Assembly (NCBI GenBank): GCA_046563655.1
Contig: CM102283.1
Location: 124,001-188,000, forward strand
Direction: 5' to 3'
Length of the DNA: 64,000 nt
Source: Yuukianura sp. NJ FZ-2021
Lineage: Eukaryota
The notes under the pieces: generated by a model
Databases searched by the model: none
What the model saw: only the letters and a program-made list of their open reading frames with translations
Told to the model about the DNA's origin: nothing
Program-made: the position numbers and the translations under genes
Part shown: one piece after another, positions 33,800 through 44,754 of the stretch
How positions within the stretch are numbered: position 1 is the stretch's first letter
How the letters are laid out: each line of letters begins with the position of its first letter

Positions 33800-34348
33800 T
33801 GGTTACTATTTCCCTAAACTTTTGTCTGGAGGTTCGACACAAGGAGATGGAGAAAGGGGTAGGGTTTTTAGTTGCTAATTCTAGGGTTCTTCTGTATTCG
33901 GTAAAAATCCTGTTGCAGCCTTCCTTGGTTCTGATTTGCTGTGTATCGTCCACAAATGCCTGGTGGAATTTGTTCTTTAAGATTGGAGATAGCTGTGAAG
34001 CTGTCAAAGTAACTGACCATTTAGACTTCATCGTCTCCTTTTAACCGTTTTGGTCAAGGTATTCAGGACTCTCATTGGATAACCAAAACTCCTCCCCATG
34101 GATTCCTGTGTCCAAGGTGTTAACGGACATAGTGTTAACGGACAAAGGTACTAATTAAGCTCGATCACTGGAAGCGTTAATTAGTCTTAGAAGTCTTAAT
34201 TGGTCTTAAGAAAAGGAAGTGTTAATTAAGAAAAGGAAGTCTTAATTAGTCTGACTTTGATAAGTCATTAGGATCTCACGCCAGTGGGTTTTAAACCTTA
34301 TGGGTCCAAAGGTTGATTTGGCGTGAAAGTCCTACCATACTACCTTCT

Positions 34349-35853
34349 CTGCCTTCAGAAATGGCGGAGCTGAAACCAGTCCATTTCTTTCAGACAAATT
34401 CTGCGGTCAACGCCTTCAATCAAATGTTCCTTCAACAGATGCCGGGAGAACTGATCCTTAGTAGAGCCACTGACTGTGTTCGTGGTGATGTTCCTGAATC
34501 GTCGAAAATTCGATTACTCCAAAGGTTCTAATTCAAGCCTTTGAATGAGACGATGGGACTTCCATTCGAGCTACAACTGAAAATTAACGCTGGTTATATG
34601 ATGACCAACAACGTTGATTGTGCTGACGGATTAGTGAATGGTGTAACTGGAATATTACGGAGAATTGATCTTGGCGTGGCGATAAACGACCCAACCGACC
34701 GCATTCCACTGCGACTGTGGCTGGAGTTCGGAGATGCTAGAAGTGGTCAACAACTACGTTGCCGGTACGAATCAATTGCTGACAATTTGGGCCAAGAGTC
34801 CAATTGGACACCGGTGGAACTTCAAATTCAAGAAATTCACCAGAGGAATGCTAGCATTAAAATTACACGAAAGCAATTTCCTCTCGTGCCGGCAGAGGCT
34901 ATCACCATACATAAAAGTCAAGGAATCACTTGTGAAGCGTGAGTGCATTATTCAGTAACTTCATTGTAGTGTGTTATGTAATTGTTTAACGCCAATTCAC
35001 TTTCGTCAGAGCTGTCCTCCACATAGACCGTACCCGCCTTATTTCCCCTGCCTTAATCTACGTTGGATGCTCCAGACCAACCAAAGCCAGTGGTCTATAC
35101 ATTGTGGGAGACTTCAGGGCTCCTAAACCTATTTCGCAGACAAGTGCTTTCGCCTTGGAAATGGCCCGTCACGATACCATGAAGCTGGTTCCTGTGTACC
35201 GCACGCTACGAGAAAGAGGAGAAGGCTTGATGCAGCTCATCTTTCACAATACTCAGTCTCTATGCAAACACTCTAGGATGTATTCTTCCGACTCAACTTT
35301 TAAAATGAGCGATATCTTGATCTTTGCCGAAACATGGACTCTGCCGGAAGACGATTTCACATTTGGCGACCATTTCAACATTTGCAGTGTGGATTGTGTT
35401 AGTGAAAGGCGGCCACTTGGAGCCAGGATGTACATCAGGCAGGGTTTGAGGAATCAAGTCCTTCATACCACTACCAGATTTCTTGAAGATGCAACGGGGA
35501 ATTGCAGTTGTGTGGCCTTGAATTTAAATGGTACAAACGTGATTGGAATCTACATTAGCCCCCGGTTTCGGTGGTCTTCCTTTACATCAACACTATCGTC
35601 TGTTATCAACTCTCTTGGTGGTTCAAGAACAATATTGGCCGGAGACTTCAATGTTAATTTCAATCTCATTTCTTCGGCACCAATGAAGTCCATGCTCGAT
35701 CTTGGACTGACACTGAAAACTCCAGATCTTCCGACAACAAAATTTGGGACTAAAATCGATGCGATATTCGCTTCATTTGAATTGGATGCAATTGGATTGT
35801 ACACGTCAGCGACATCTATCCACGAGCCCATTTGGGCACGGTTCTCTCAGTAA
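34349..35853 (+). pseudogene. Helentron helicase C-terminus (intron 34939-35009) fused to AP endonuclease
   Basis: NVDCADGLVNG; RKQFPLVPAEAITIHKSQG; spliced YVGCSR; APE motifs HNTQS, AETW, AGDFN, PTT..GTKIDAIF, SIHEP. Contains an internal stop. Confidence 0.9.
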
Positions 35854-36339
35854 CAGCTTCAGTGCTTCAATAATTAAAAGTGACTAATTCCTGATCTTCA
35901 TAACAGTTATTCCAATCCAACAAAGGATGCAAGTCTAAAGAATAATACAATTCATATACTGGCTTCTCAAGAAATGTTTCGGCAATAAAAATTTGTTTCT
36001 CTTCAACAAGTTTTCCTATGTAAATGCTACGAAGAATTTTCAAGTAAAGTGCCTTTTTCGATTCCACTTAGTAGGTGGGTTAATAAGAAAATTCAACTTT
36101 AACTTTAGCCTTTAACTGGAAAACAAAGCTTCTTAAAGCTGGGCAAAGGAATTGCTAATTTGTAATTAATGGTTATTCAGAAACTACAAACCTCTTACTA
36201 AATATTTTTGTTGTATTTATTGTTATTGATTGATGAGTAAAGATTGAATTTCATTTTTTTTAATTAACCACTTTGTATGAGAATCGATTACGATTTTGTT
36301 TTAATAGTCGATTATTAATGTTGTAAGATTCGATTAAGT

Positions 36340-37180
36340 GTTTCAGCTTCGGCGGCTTCAAACCACTCTGACAAGTCCTTTGCCAAGTTGTGATCCTTTC
36401 CCACTAAGATCAAATCGCCAGGATTGCAGTCAATTGAGTTGACACCATTGTAAGTAGAAATCTACACGAGCTTGAACAAGATAATTTCAAAAGGAGAACT
36501 TGCACGGTTTCGGTCATATTAATTCTTAGCTTTGCAGTAAACTTTCCAGTATTGTCCACAAGATTAAGTTGACGAAGTCAGCATGTTGGGAACTCTTTGA
36601 CATCTTCAATTTCAATTACCAGACCCGCGATGTCAACATATTGCCCGGCTGACATCAATTTGAGGTCTTCCGAGTCAATCGGAGTGATCTTTACTACATG
36701 AGCAGCTCCTTTGGGTGCAGTGATGACGGTGGTTTCAGTGCTACTGGCATCAAAGGATGAGTTTGTCAATTTGTTTCTGTTGTACTTTGGCCGAAGTAGA
36801 AAATTTTCGATGCGCACAAATGAGTTCACCTAAAACATTTTATGGATTTTATAGTTAATTATTAAAATATTGTTAAAATAGTTTTACAATGAAGAATGTA
36901 CTCTTACCTGGAGCAGCGATTGCCATTCTGGTTTCATTCCAAACATAGTAAACTGGATCTCTCCGGTCAGGTCACCAAGTACAAAATGTTGAAGTTGACC
37001 TCCGTTCCCGTAAACAATTCGTCGCCCAACTTTCAGCACGACGACTTCCATCACGCGAGATGTAACTGCGATGTTAGGGTTCAGCTGCTTCAATTCGGTC
37101 ACAGGAAATTCAGTTGATTCCTTGCTTGATTCCTTCCTTTCCTTGCTTGATTCCTTCCTTTCCTTGCTTGATTCCATTTG
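36340..37180 (-). pseudogene. RPA70-like OB-fold ssDNA-binding gene (intron 36830-36907)
   Basis: LKQLNPN...VVVLKVG...LQHFVLGDLTGEIQFTMF and a second OB-like YVDIAGLVIEIEDVKE...*LRQLNLVDNTG. Confidence 0.7.
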
Positions 37181-37619
37181 AGTTTCCCCAATCTGGCTTT
37201 TCCAATGCTGAAATGGCGACATTGACATTTGAGTACCGCTAGAACATGGCATCGGTTCTCTCAGAATGGATCCACTTCGATCGGCTTAACAAATACAAAT
37301 TATTATTCATACTACTATAAACCCTACATGAATTTTTAGTTTTCAAAGTCCATTTAATAATTACCTGAAGGTTGGACACTATGTTCAGCACTTGGTGTAA
37401 TGGATTCGAAGCTGTCGCTGAAATCACAGGCATTTTTCGCTTGATCAATCGCACCATCACTCCTTTTGTTTTCTACTAAACAAGCTTTGCTGCTCAAAGC
37501 TTGCTGGGGCTCCACCCCAGAACCGTTCAACCGTCCTGGTGACATTATATAGCAACGTTGTTGGATTTTTCTCAGGGAGGTTGATGATTTGAGGATTATC
37601 GGGGAGCTAGCCAATCATA

Positions 37620-38225
37620 CTAAATTCTGAAATTTTAGCTAATGTGTCTGGTGTTAAATCACACTGAATTCTAAAATTTTAGCTGATGTCTCTGGTGTTA
37701 AATCACACTGAATTCTAAAGTTTTAGCTGATGTCCCTGGGGTTAAATCGCACTGAAATCTGTTCCTGATACGATGTGTCTAGCATACAGATAAAAAGTCT
37801 GAGGCAAAATTATCAAGAGGCATTTTTGGTGTTTTTGGCATTATACGCTTGGGAAATCGGTAAACTATGGCATTTCGGAATAGCAACTTCTCATTAGTAT
37901 AATGGATAGATAGAAGGAAAATCACTCTATTTAAATAACATAATTCCAAATTCCAAAACGTTAAAAATTTAGTAGGAAAATCACTCTTTTTAAATAACAT
38001 AATTCCAAATTCCAAAACGTGAAAAATTTAGTAGGAAAATCACTCTTTTTAAATAACATAATTCCAAATTCCAAAACGTTAAAAGTTTAGTAGAAAAATT
38101 ACTCTTTTTAAACAACTGTTTCATTCAGTAAAAATTTTAGAGATTGATGGGAATCAGCAAGATTTCATACAGTAAAAATTTTAAAGACTGACGGGAATTA
38201 GCAAGATTTCATGCAGTAAAAATTT
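37620..38225. repeat. Subterminal tandem repeats (~43 bp x3, ~60 bp x3, ~42 bp x2-3)
   Basis: ttttagctgatgtctctggtgttaaatcacactgaa; aggaaaatcactctttttaaataacataattccaaattccaaaacg; cagcaagatttcat.cagtaaaaattt. Confidence 0.8.
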
Positions 38226-38284
38226 TTTCGACGTGTGACGTCACGAACGACAGTTCCAAGCGAATTTTTTGAAAATCTTTGACC

Positions 38285-38311
38285 TGTAGGTTGTTAGGAC
38301 GACATCCTACA
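38285..38311 (+). other. Candidate Helentron 3' terminal hairpin
   Basis: TGTAGGTTGT..ACATCCTACA stem shortly before a T-run. Confidence 0.5.
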
Positions 38312-39278
38312 CGATGAAAAATAAAGAAAATGTTTTTTTTTTGGGTTTGTGTTTTGTGTAGATTTTCAGAGTAAACAAATTAGCTTGTAACTAAGCGGTC
38401 GAGGAATTTCACCTCACTTGTAATTTCCCAGTACTTCATAACGGGTCGATAAAATCAACAAATCAATTAGTTGCTAAGCAAGAACACACACACTTACCTG
38501 TAAGATTCTATTAGATATAAATATAGATAAATGTACGATTTTCAAAAAATGTATATTTATGATGTTGAAAATTTATTATATTTTAAGAATTACCATCTGG
38601 ATCTTCCAGTTTTAGGACATTCTGAGCAGGCTCGGCTTTGGGATTAGAGGATTCCTTCTTCTTAGGCGGCATATTGTCGCTTTACCGGTAGTTACTTGAC
38701 AAAGATGTTGAAAAATTACAAAGATTTAATGGAGGCGCTTTGATCCGAAGTGTACTTCAACTGATCTGAACCAAAAATCTGAACGAACTTCGACGGATTA
38801 TATCGTCTGCAAAATGATTTTTGTTAACAACTTCGAAACGTATTTTATGACTAATTCTGATAAACATAAAAAAATAAACATCAGTTTTGTTGTGTTGACG
38901 ACTTGCTTAGTGCATTGTTGTGTACTTAATTTTCAGTAATTAAATAATATATTTTACATAACTAGAGTAGCTAGAAATTTAAAGAATTTCGTCAGACAGT
39001 TTTCTACACAGATTCATGATATATTTTTATGTCTGTTTACATTAAAATTGTTTTTTTTCTCGAAAAAAGTTATCAAATTTAGAAATGTTGGAAAATATAT
39101 TTTTTGCAATTTCCAACTAGCCAAAGTTTCCTTGACAACATATACGACAGTGTTCCGTGCGGTTTATTACTATTGCTAACAACTACTAGTGCAACAAATT
39201 TCCGCCATGATTTTATTAGAATTTCAAAATTCAGTTTGAGTTTTTTGAATTTCAAAAGTTGGTTTACGTTTTGACAGA

Positions 39279-39938
39279 TTGTCGACGTTTAAACACGATT
39301 TTTTTACAATGTCGCGTCTCATATATTTTGACGGGATAGACAGTGACGAATTTGAAAAAGTGGTCACTGAGTTTAAGCACGAAAACAAGAAGAATTTTCA
39401 TTTCGTACGGGAAGGTGACATCGCTGTCGAAATCGAAGGGAAGCAAGTCGGAGTTTGTAAATCGTTGAAGCAACTCTACAGTATGAAGATTACAAGCTTT
39501 CCATGCTTGACATTGACAGAGAAACAAAAATTTGTTCTTCCAATTGTGTTCTACACACACGGTGACGTTCCTAAGGAATTGTTCGACCATGTCTCCCTAC
39601 TCTACTTGGATTTAGGTAAAGGCTTGGCGACTTATTACTGTCAAAATCAAAAGTCGATTTTTGAAAAAGCTACAAAGACAAATGTGATGATCAGACTTCG
39701 CGTGTGCTTTCCAGGAATCAAAATACGCTTTAGAAAACACAAATTTGTGAACGTGATGAAGCCATGTTACCCGGATTCTTGCTCGCTATTGGCTCTTTGG
39801 TTCCTGTTTAAGATTGTACAAAATGATGGAAAGAAAATAGACGACATGAAACTGCCAACCTTTATACAACTACATTCATTCCGCAATAAGTTGAAATTGA
39901 ATCAAGATAGAAGAATTCAGACTCCACGCGAAGATTGA
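39279..39938 (+). CDS. Divergent Ulp1/C48-like cysteine protease-fold protein
   Basis: FVLPIV...DHVSLLYLD....ATYY...DSCSLLALWF...SFRNKL follows the Ulp1 pattern (His and Cys present; Asp and Gln not obvious). Confidence 0.5.
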   Translation: MSTFKHDFFTMSRLIYFDGIDSDEFEKVVTEFKHENKKNFHFVREGDIAVEIEGKQVGVCKSLKQLYSMKITSFPCLTLTEKQKFVLPIVFYTHGDVPKELFDHVSLLYLDLGKGLATYYCQNQKSIFEKATKTNVMIRLRVCFPGIKIRFRKHKFVNVMKPCYPDSCSLLALWFLFKIVQNDGKKIDDMKLPTFIQLHSFRNKLKLNQDRRIQTPRED

Positions 39939-41502
39939 AAGCAGAATCGTGATTTGCTTTTGTAATATTTTGAGTTTAAGTTTAATCTTATATTAGCCAT
40001 AATTGAAATTCATTTATGAAATGTTATGTTCTTTATATTGTCTAAGCTCCAGTTTACTTTCCGGGTATTGTTGAAATAAAATTTAAGTTCGATTCCTTAG
40101 CGTTTTCGACGAGGCCATTTATTTAAGTCGTACTAATTGTCAACTACCTCCAGAAGACCTATGCTCAACCCTTGAGCATTGCTAGCCTACCTTGTTATTT
40201 ATTATTTCAGAAATTTGGGAAACTGAGAATGAAGCTTTTATTGTTTGTGTGAACCATGCTTACATTTTGTATGCAAGCGGTTTTTCCCATTCGACTCCAC
40301 CGAGCAACCGAAGGCGCTATGGGAACCATACTGGGAACCGTGCGATTCGTCACGGAGCAACGCGATGGAAATATATTGCCGAATTAGGCTATAATTAACG
40401 TAGCCAAACCGTACCATACATTCACGTATTGGTGCTCAGCAATGAATGAAAATTATTTACTCAATCTCATGAAATACGTTGTATATGACATACGCTGATA
40501 TTTGTAATCTTATCTTGAATTGACATTTACCAGAGCAATTGTTCTGCGATTCCAAGCGGCATATTTGCATTGTTAATGTGAATCTATAAAACAACAAAAT
40601 GAATCAACAAACTGAAATAACTTTTTAAGCAGAACTAACCATACTGATATTTGCAGCTTGGTCGCTTAAGGACGGTTGGAACAACATATCTTTTCCTTTA
40701 ATTGCAGTGGTTCATCAACAGCCTAAAATAGAATTAACTCTTTAGTAGTAAAAACTACTCGCATTTGAATTTGCCTAAAATCTTGAAACCTTTTTATTAT
40801 TGTTTACAGTTCCTTTGCTGAGTTTTTATACCCCTCTTTTGGTTAAAACCAAATCTAGTTTATCGACTCCCTTAGATCAAATATCCCGAAGCTTACGTCA
40901 TGTAACAGGCGACACATCCCAAATCTTTCTAAGTGTTGATTTATAGAAATACTACGTCAGAAATTTATACAATTCCGTGTCGACTCTATGTATTCTTGCA
41001 TAACTTGGCATCACAGAGTGTCCATAGACCCTATATAGAGATTCCATGTAATTTGTTCAAAAAAATTTGGTTAGAATTTTGGAACACTGCATAATCGGCT
41101 AAAAATAAGCCCCACCTTCGAAAAGCGCTTCCAATCAAAACCTATTTAATCAAAAAACCGCGTTCATATATATAACGTAGTAACTTGAGTCAGTACACCT
41201 TCATAATTTATGTAAGGGCACTAAGGATGCCTTAAAGTTTTGGTATTGAAAACAGTAACCACTATAGTCAAATTAATAAAACCTAGCGTCGGTAAGGCGC
41301 TATGCGGATTAAAAGATAATGTCACCAATTTAAACTTTAAAGTTAACCTACTATTCTTGTCAATTTGACATTTTGATCTTTTCACTTTTTGACCTTTTCA
41401 CTTTGTGATCTTTTTATAGTTTGACCACTTCGCTTTTGGCATTTTCACTTTTTAGGTTAGGTTAGGTTAGAACTCCTACTGAAAACTAGAAAAATCTTTC
41501 AA

Positions 41503-44390
41503 TTAACTCAGTTTTTAGTCTTCTGGAGACGCACGTCTACGACGTGCTGAAGAAGACTATTGATACCACTTTGTCTGTCTGTCTGTCCGTCCGTCTGTCT
41601 GTCACGTTTTTTAGAATCCTTTCCACTGAAACATTAGCCCCATCGCAGTCGGGGGGTTATCTATAGCTCAAGTTTTTTCATTACCTCTACATTGCACTCA
41701 AACTCGTACATTAACAACGTAGAAGCAGGCGGCTACTTTACGTACCCGCAGTATCGTGGCTCCGCAAAACTGTTTTGGTTTCGATTGCACTCAAAATATT
41801 TATAAACAACGGAGTTTTGATCTGGTCATTTTCTGGCAGTATGTTTAATTACGTTGTTAAATTAACACTGATCAGAGGGTAGAAAATCCGGCTTAAATGT
41901 TTAGCATGTGAATAGTGAATAACAGGGGTCAAAGTTGCACTACTAGAAATTTTTATAATTTCGAATTTCACAAGCGATATCCCACACCTCGAGCCAGCGT
42001 TCATTTTAGTCTTCTGGAGACGCACGTCTACGACGTGCTGAAGAAGACTATTGATACGACTTTGTCTGTCCGTGTGTCACACTTTTTAGGACTTTTTGCA
42101 CTGAAACATTAGCCCCATTATTGACGGGGGGTTATGTATGGGTCAAGTATTTTCATTAGATCTACATTCCACTAAAATTGTTAAATTAACAACATGAAAA
42201 TTAGCGGCGACTTTCCATTGCCGACTCTTCTGACTTAAATTTTTTTGACACCTTTGCATTGCACTCAAAATATTTTTAATCAACGGCTTTTTGATCTGGT
42301 CAATTTCTGGCAGTATGTTTAATTACATTGTTTAGTTAAGACTGATCAAAGGGTAGAAAAGCCGGGTTAAATCTTTAATATATGAATAGTGCATAGCATG
42401 GGTCAAATTTGCATTTACTAGAAATTTTGATTTTAATAAGGGATATTCGACCTCTCACCCCCAGCGTTCATTTTTGTGCATGTTGCACATTTATGACCAA
42501 CAGGGATACATAAACGTTGAATTGTGCATTTACATGAACCAATTTTGATCTTTAAGAATCGGCATTCGGCCACAACAGCCAACGTTCAATTTTGTGCATG
42601 ATGCACACAACTGAAAGTTTGTGCATGCTACGCAGAGTGAAATCTGAGCCCAACTTGAACAACATTTTGATACAGTTAAATAAACGCTGATCGTTAATAA
42701 TACATTGCCATGACAACGTCGATGATACATTGTGTGTATCTTGCTCGACAAATTAACAACATCAATTCAGTGCAGATATTGTGGGCCTCAAAACTGAAAC
42801 ATGCTTTTGGTGCAATTAAACTGTAAAATTGCCAAAACAATTTTGGTGCAACTCATGTACAAAATAGAATCTCACATTCGCAGTGACAATTTTGAGCGAC
42901 GTTTTAGAGCATCAATTCCATGAAAACGGCTTCTCAGTTTGTCCACAGTTTTGCGGCATGCCGATCTCAATGTCGTATCAATTGTCAACTCCATCCAGAA
43001 GACCTATGCTCAACCCTTGAGCATCGCCCTATCTTGTTTGTGCATGATGCACACTCATGACCAACATGAATACATAAACGTTGACTTGTGCATTTACGTG
43101 AACCAATTTTGATTTAGAAGAAAGTATATCCGACATCCTCCTTAGCGTTCAATTTTGTGCATGATGCACAAAGCTAAATTTCGATATCATTATTTTGACG
43201 CTGTTAGGTTCACGCTCTTTTCGCTATTCGCTAATACTACATTTCCATGGCAACACAGAAAATACATTCTTGTGCATCTTGCTCAACGAATTAATGACAT
43301 CAATTTAGTGCAAATATTTTGGGGCTCAAAACTCGAACATGATTTTAGTGCATTTAAATGGTAGCATTGCCAAACCAGTTTTGGTGCAACGCATGCAAAA
43401 AGTAAAACCTCACATTCGCGCTGAAAACGAGCGGCGGTTGGGTACATTCGCTACATGAAAACGGTTTCTCAGTTTTTCTACAGTGTTGACGAAGGTCGGT
43501 TTAAGTCGCATCAATTGCCAACTCCCTCCAGAAGACCAATGCTCAACCCTTGAGCATCGCCCTACCTTGTTTTTCGCTGATTCAGAATCTGTCATCGGTT
43601 TTAACCGCTCTCGTCGCTTTCTATTCTATTTTTTTTGAATAATTAAAATAATACGCGTTTCAGACTTTTAGGGTCGTCATATCTGTATGGCAAATACGAG
43701 TTGAGACAGCAAATAGCGGGTTAGTATCGTTCCGAATTTCAAAATGGCTGCCCATAGGTCTATAGATTTTTATGACTTAATTAAAATACACGAGTTTTGT
43801 AAGGACGATTGGAGTGTGTCTGAGTTTTTGGAAACAAAGAAGTTGATTCCGACCTAGTGTAAGTGTTACAACTGTGGCGCTATGATGGTCAGGTTTGGTG
43901 CAGAAAAATCTTAAAGATGACCTATATAATGGTACGAAATTACTCAACCAAAGATATGGATCATGAATTGATCGAGGACGGAAGGAAGATGGGTTAAGGA
44001 ACGACGGCAAACAGGAGAAGCTTTGTGATACAGGTTAGCCTACATTACCTAGGCTAAACCACTTTGCCTAACCTAAACTTAGACAATATGAACGTAGACG
44101 TAGTATCTAACCTAACCTAACCTATTGCGAACTTAACCAAGGTCTAACCTAACGCCACGCCTTCGGCGCGGCAACACAAGCTAAGCTATCTATCCTTATT
44201 AGTAATGTTTTTGCGATTGAATCTAATATGTAGTTTTAGTTTTAGCGCAACCTGTGCAGCAGTAAACGTACGGGAACTCTGAAAGTCGAAAATGCGGATT
44301 CAACTTTTTAAACCAATAAAAACAATAGAAAACGACGAGAGCGATCAAAACCGATTACAGATTCGGAATCAGCTTTAAAAACTGAGTTAA
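41503..44390. mobile_element. TIR element bounded by TTAA; left TIR split by a DINE-like insertion array
   Basis: ttaactcagttttt|...|ttttcgctgattcagaatctgtcatcggtttt matches the reverse complement of 44320-44390. Confidence 0.55.
41516..43570 (+). mobile_element. Nested/tandem DINE-1/HINE-like non-autonomous Helentrons
   Basis: Heads tagtcttctggagacgcacgtctacgacgtgctgaagaagacta + (GTCY)n at ~41516 and ~42007. Tails ccagaagacc.atgctcaacccttgagcatcgccct at ~42995 and ~43528. Inserted in T-runs. Confidence 0.75.
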
Positions 44391-44754
44391 CTGAGATACT
44401 AATCTACCGCAAACTCGCTTCGCGAGTTTTCGGTAGATAAGCCCTTTTTGACATTTGTGGCACGTAAAAGTATACACTTCAACAATAGACGTCACTGGCT
44501 ATCGTCCTGCATATACAGTGTGGGCGCTGGATTTGTGTACACAAGTGAGGGACAAGTAAAGCCTCACATGCGTCTTAAATGAAAATTGTGAGAGGTAGTA
44601 AAAAGTGGGAAAACAAATAAACATAAAGCTCACCATGTATTACAGGTCACAATCATATTTGAAAATCTTTATGCTGAATGCAGTAGCGTCCTTATGCTAA
44701 ATCTTAAGCAGTTTTATAAATCCTCAATTTCCCTGTTTTGCGCTTTAAGTTGTG

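Larger units (their letters stand above)
26279..34348. mobile_element. Element C: 8.1-kb Polinton-like element (pPolB, ATPase, accessory genes; no integrase or capsid seen)
   Basis: ~200-bp TIRs AGTAGGTAGTATGGTAGGACTTTCACGCC. TSD CTGCC (5 bp; identity extends to 7 bp). Removing the element restores helicase FDTLPSEMAELKPVHFF. Confidence 0.92.
17230..38335 (+). mobile_element. Helentron (Helitron with AP endonuclease), 5' part missing, interrupted by elements B and C
   Basis: Rep, Pif1 helicase, APE and RPA-like coding regions in order, followed by subterminal tandem repeats, a hairpin and a T-run. The right boundary is approximate. Confidence 0.85.

Noticed and set aside
41455-41470. TTAGG runs (also ~44105, ~56805, ~58760) as telomere
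   Set aside because: Only 2-4 units, embedded in dispersed repeats.
41915-43595. Short ORFs such as LLETHVYDVLKKTIDTT, recurring at 52971 and 58412
   Set aside because: Translations of the non-coding DINE-like repeat head.
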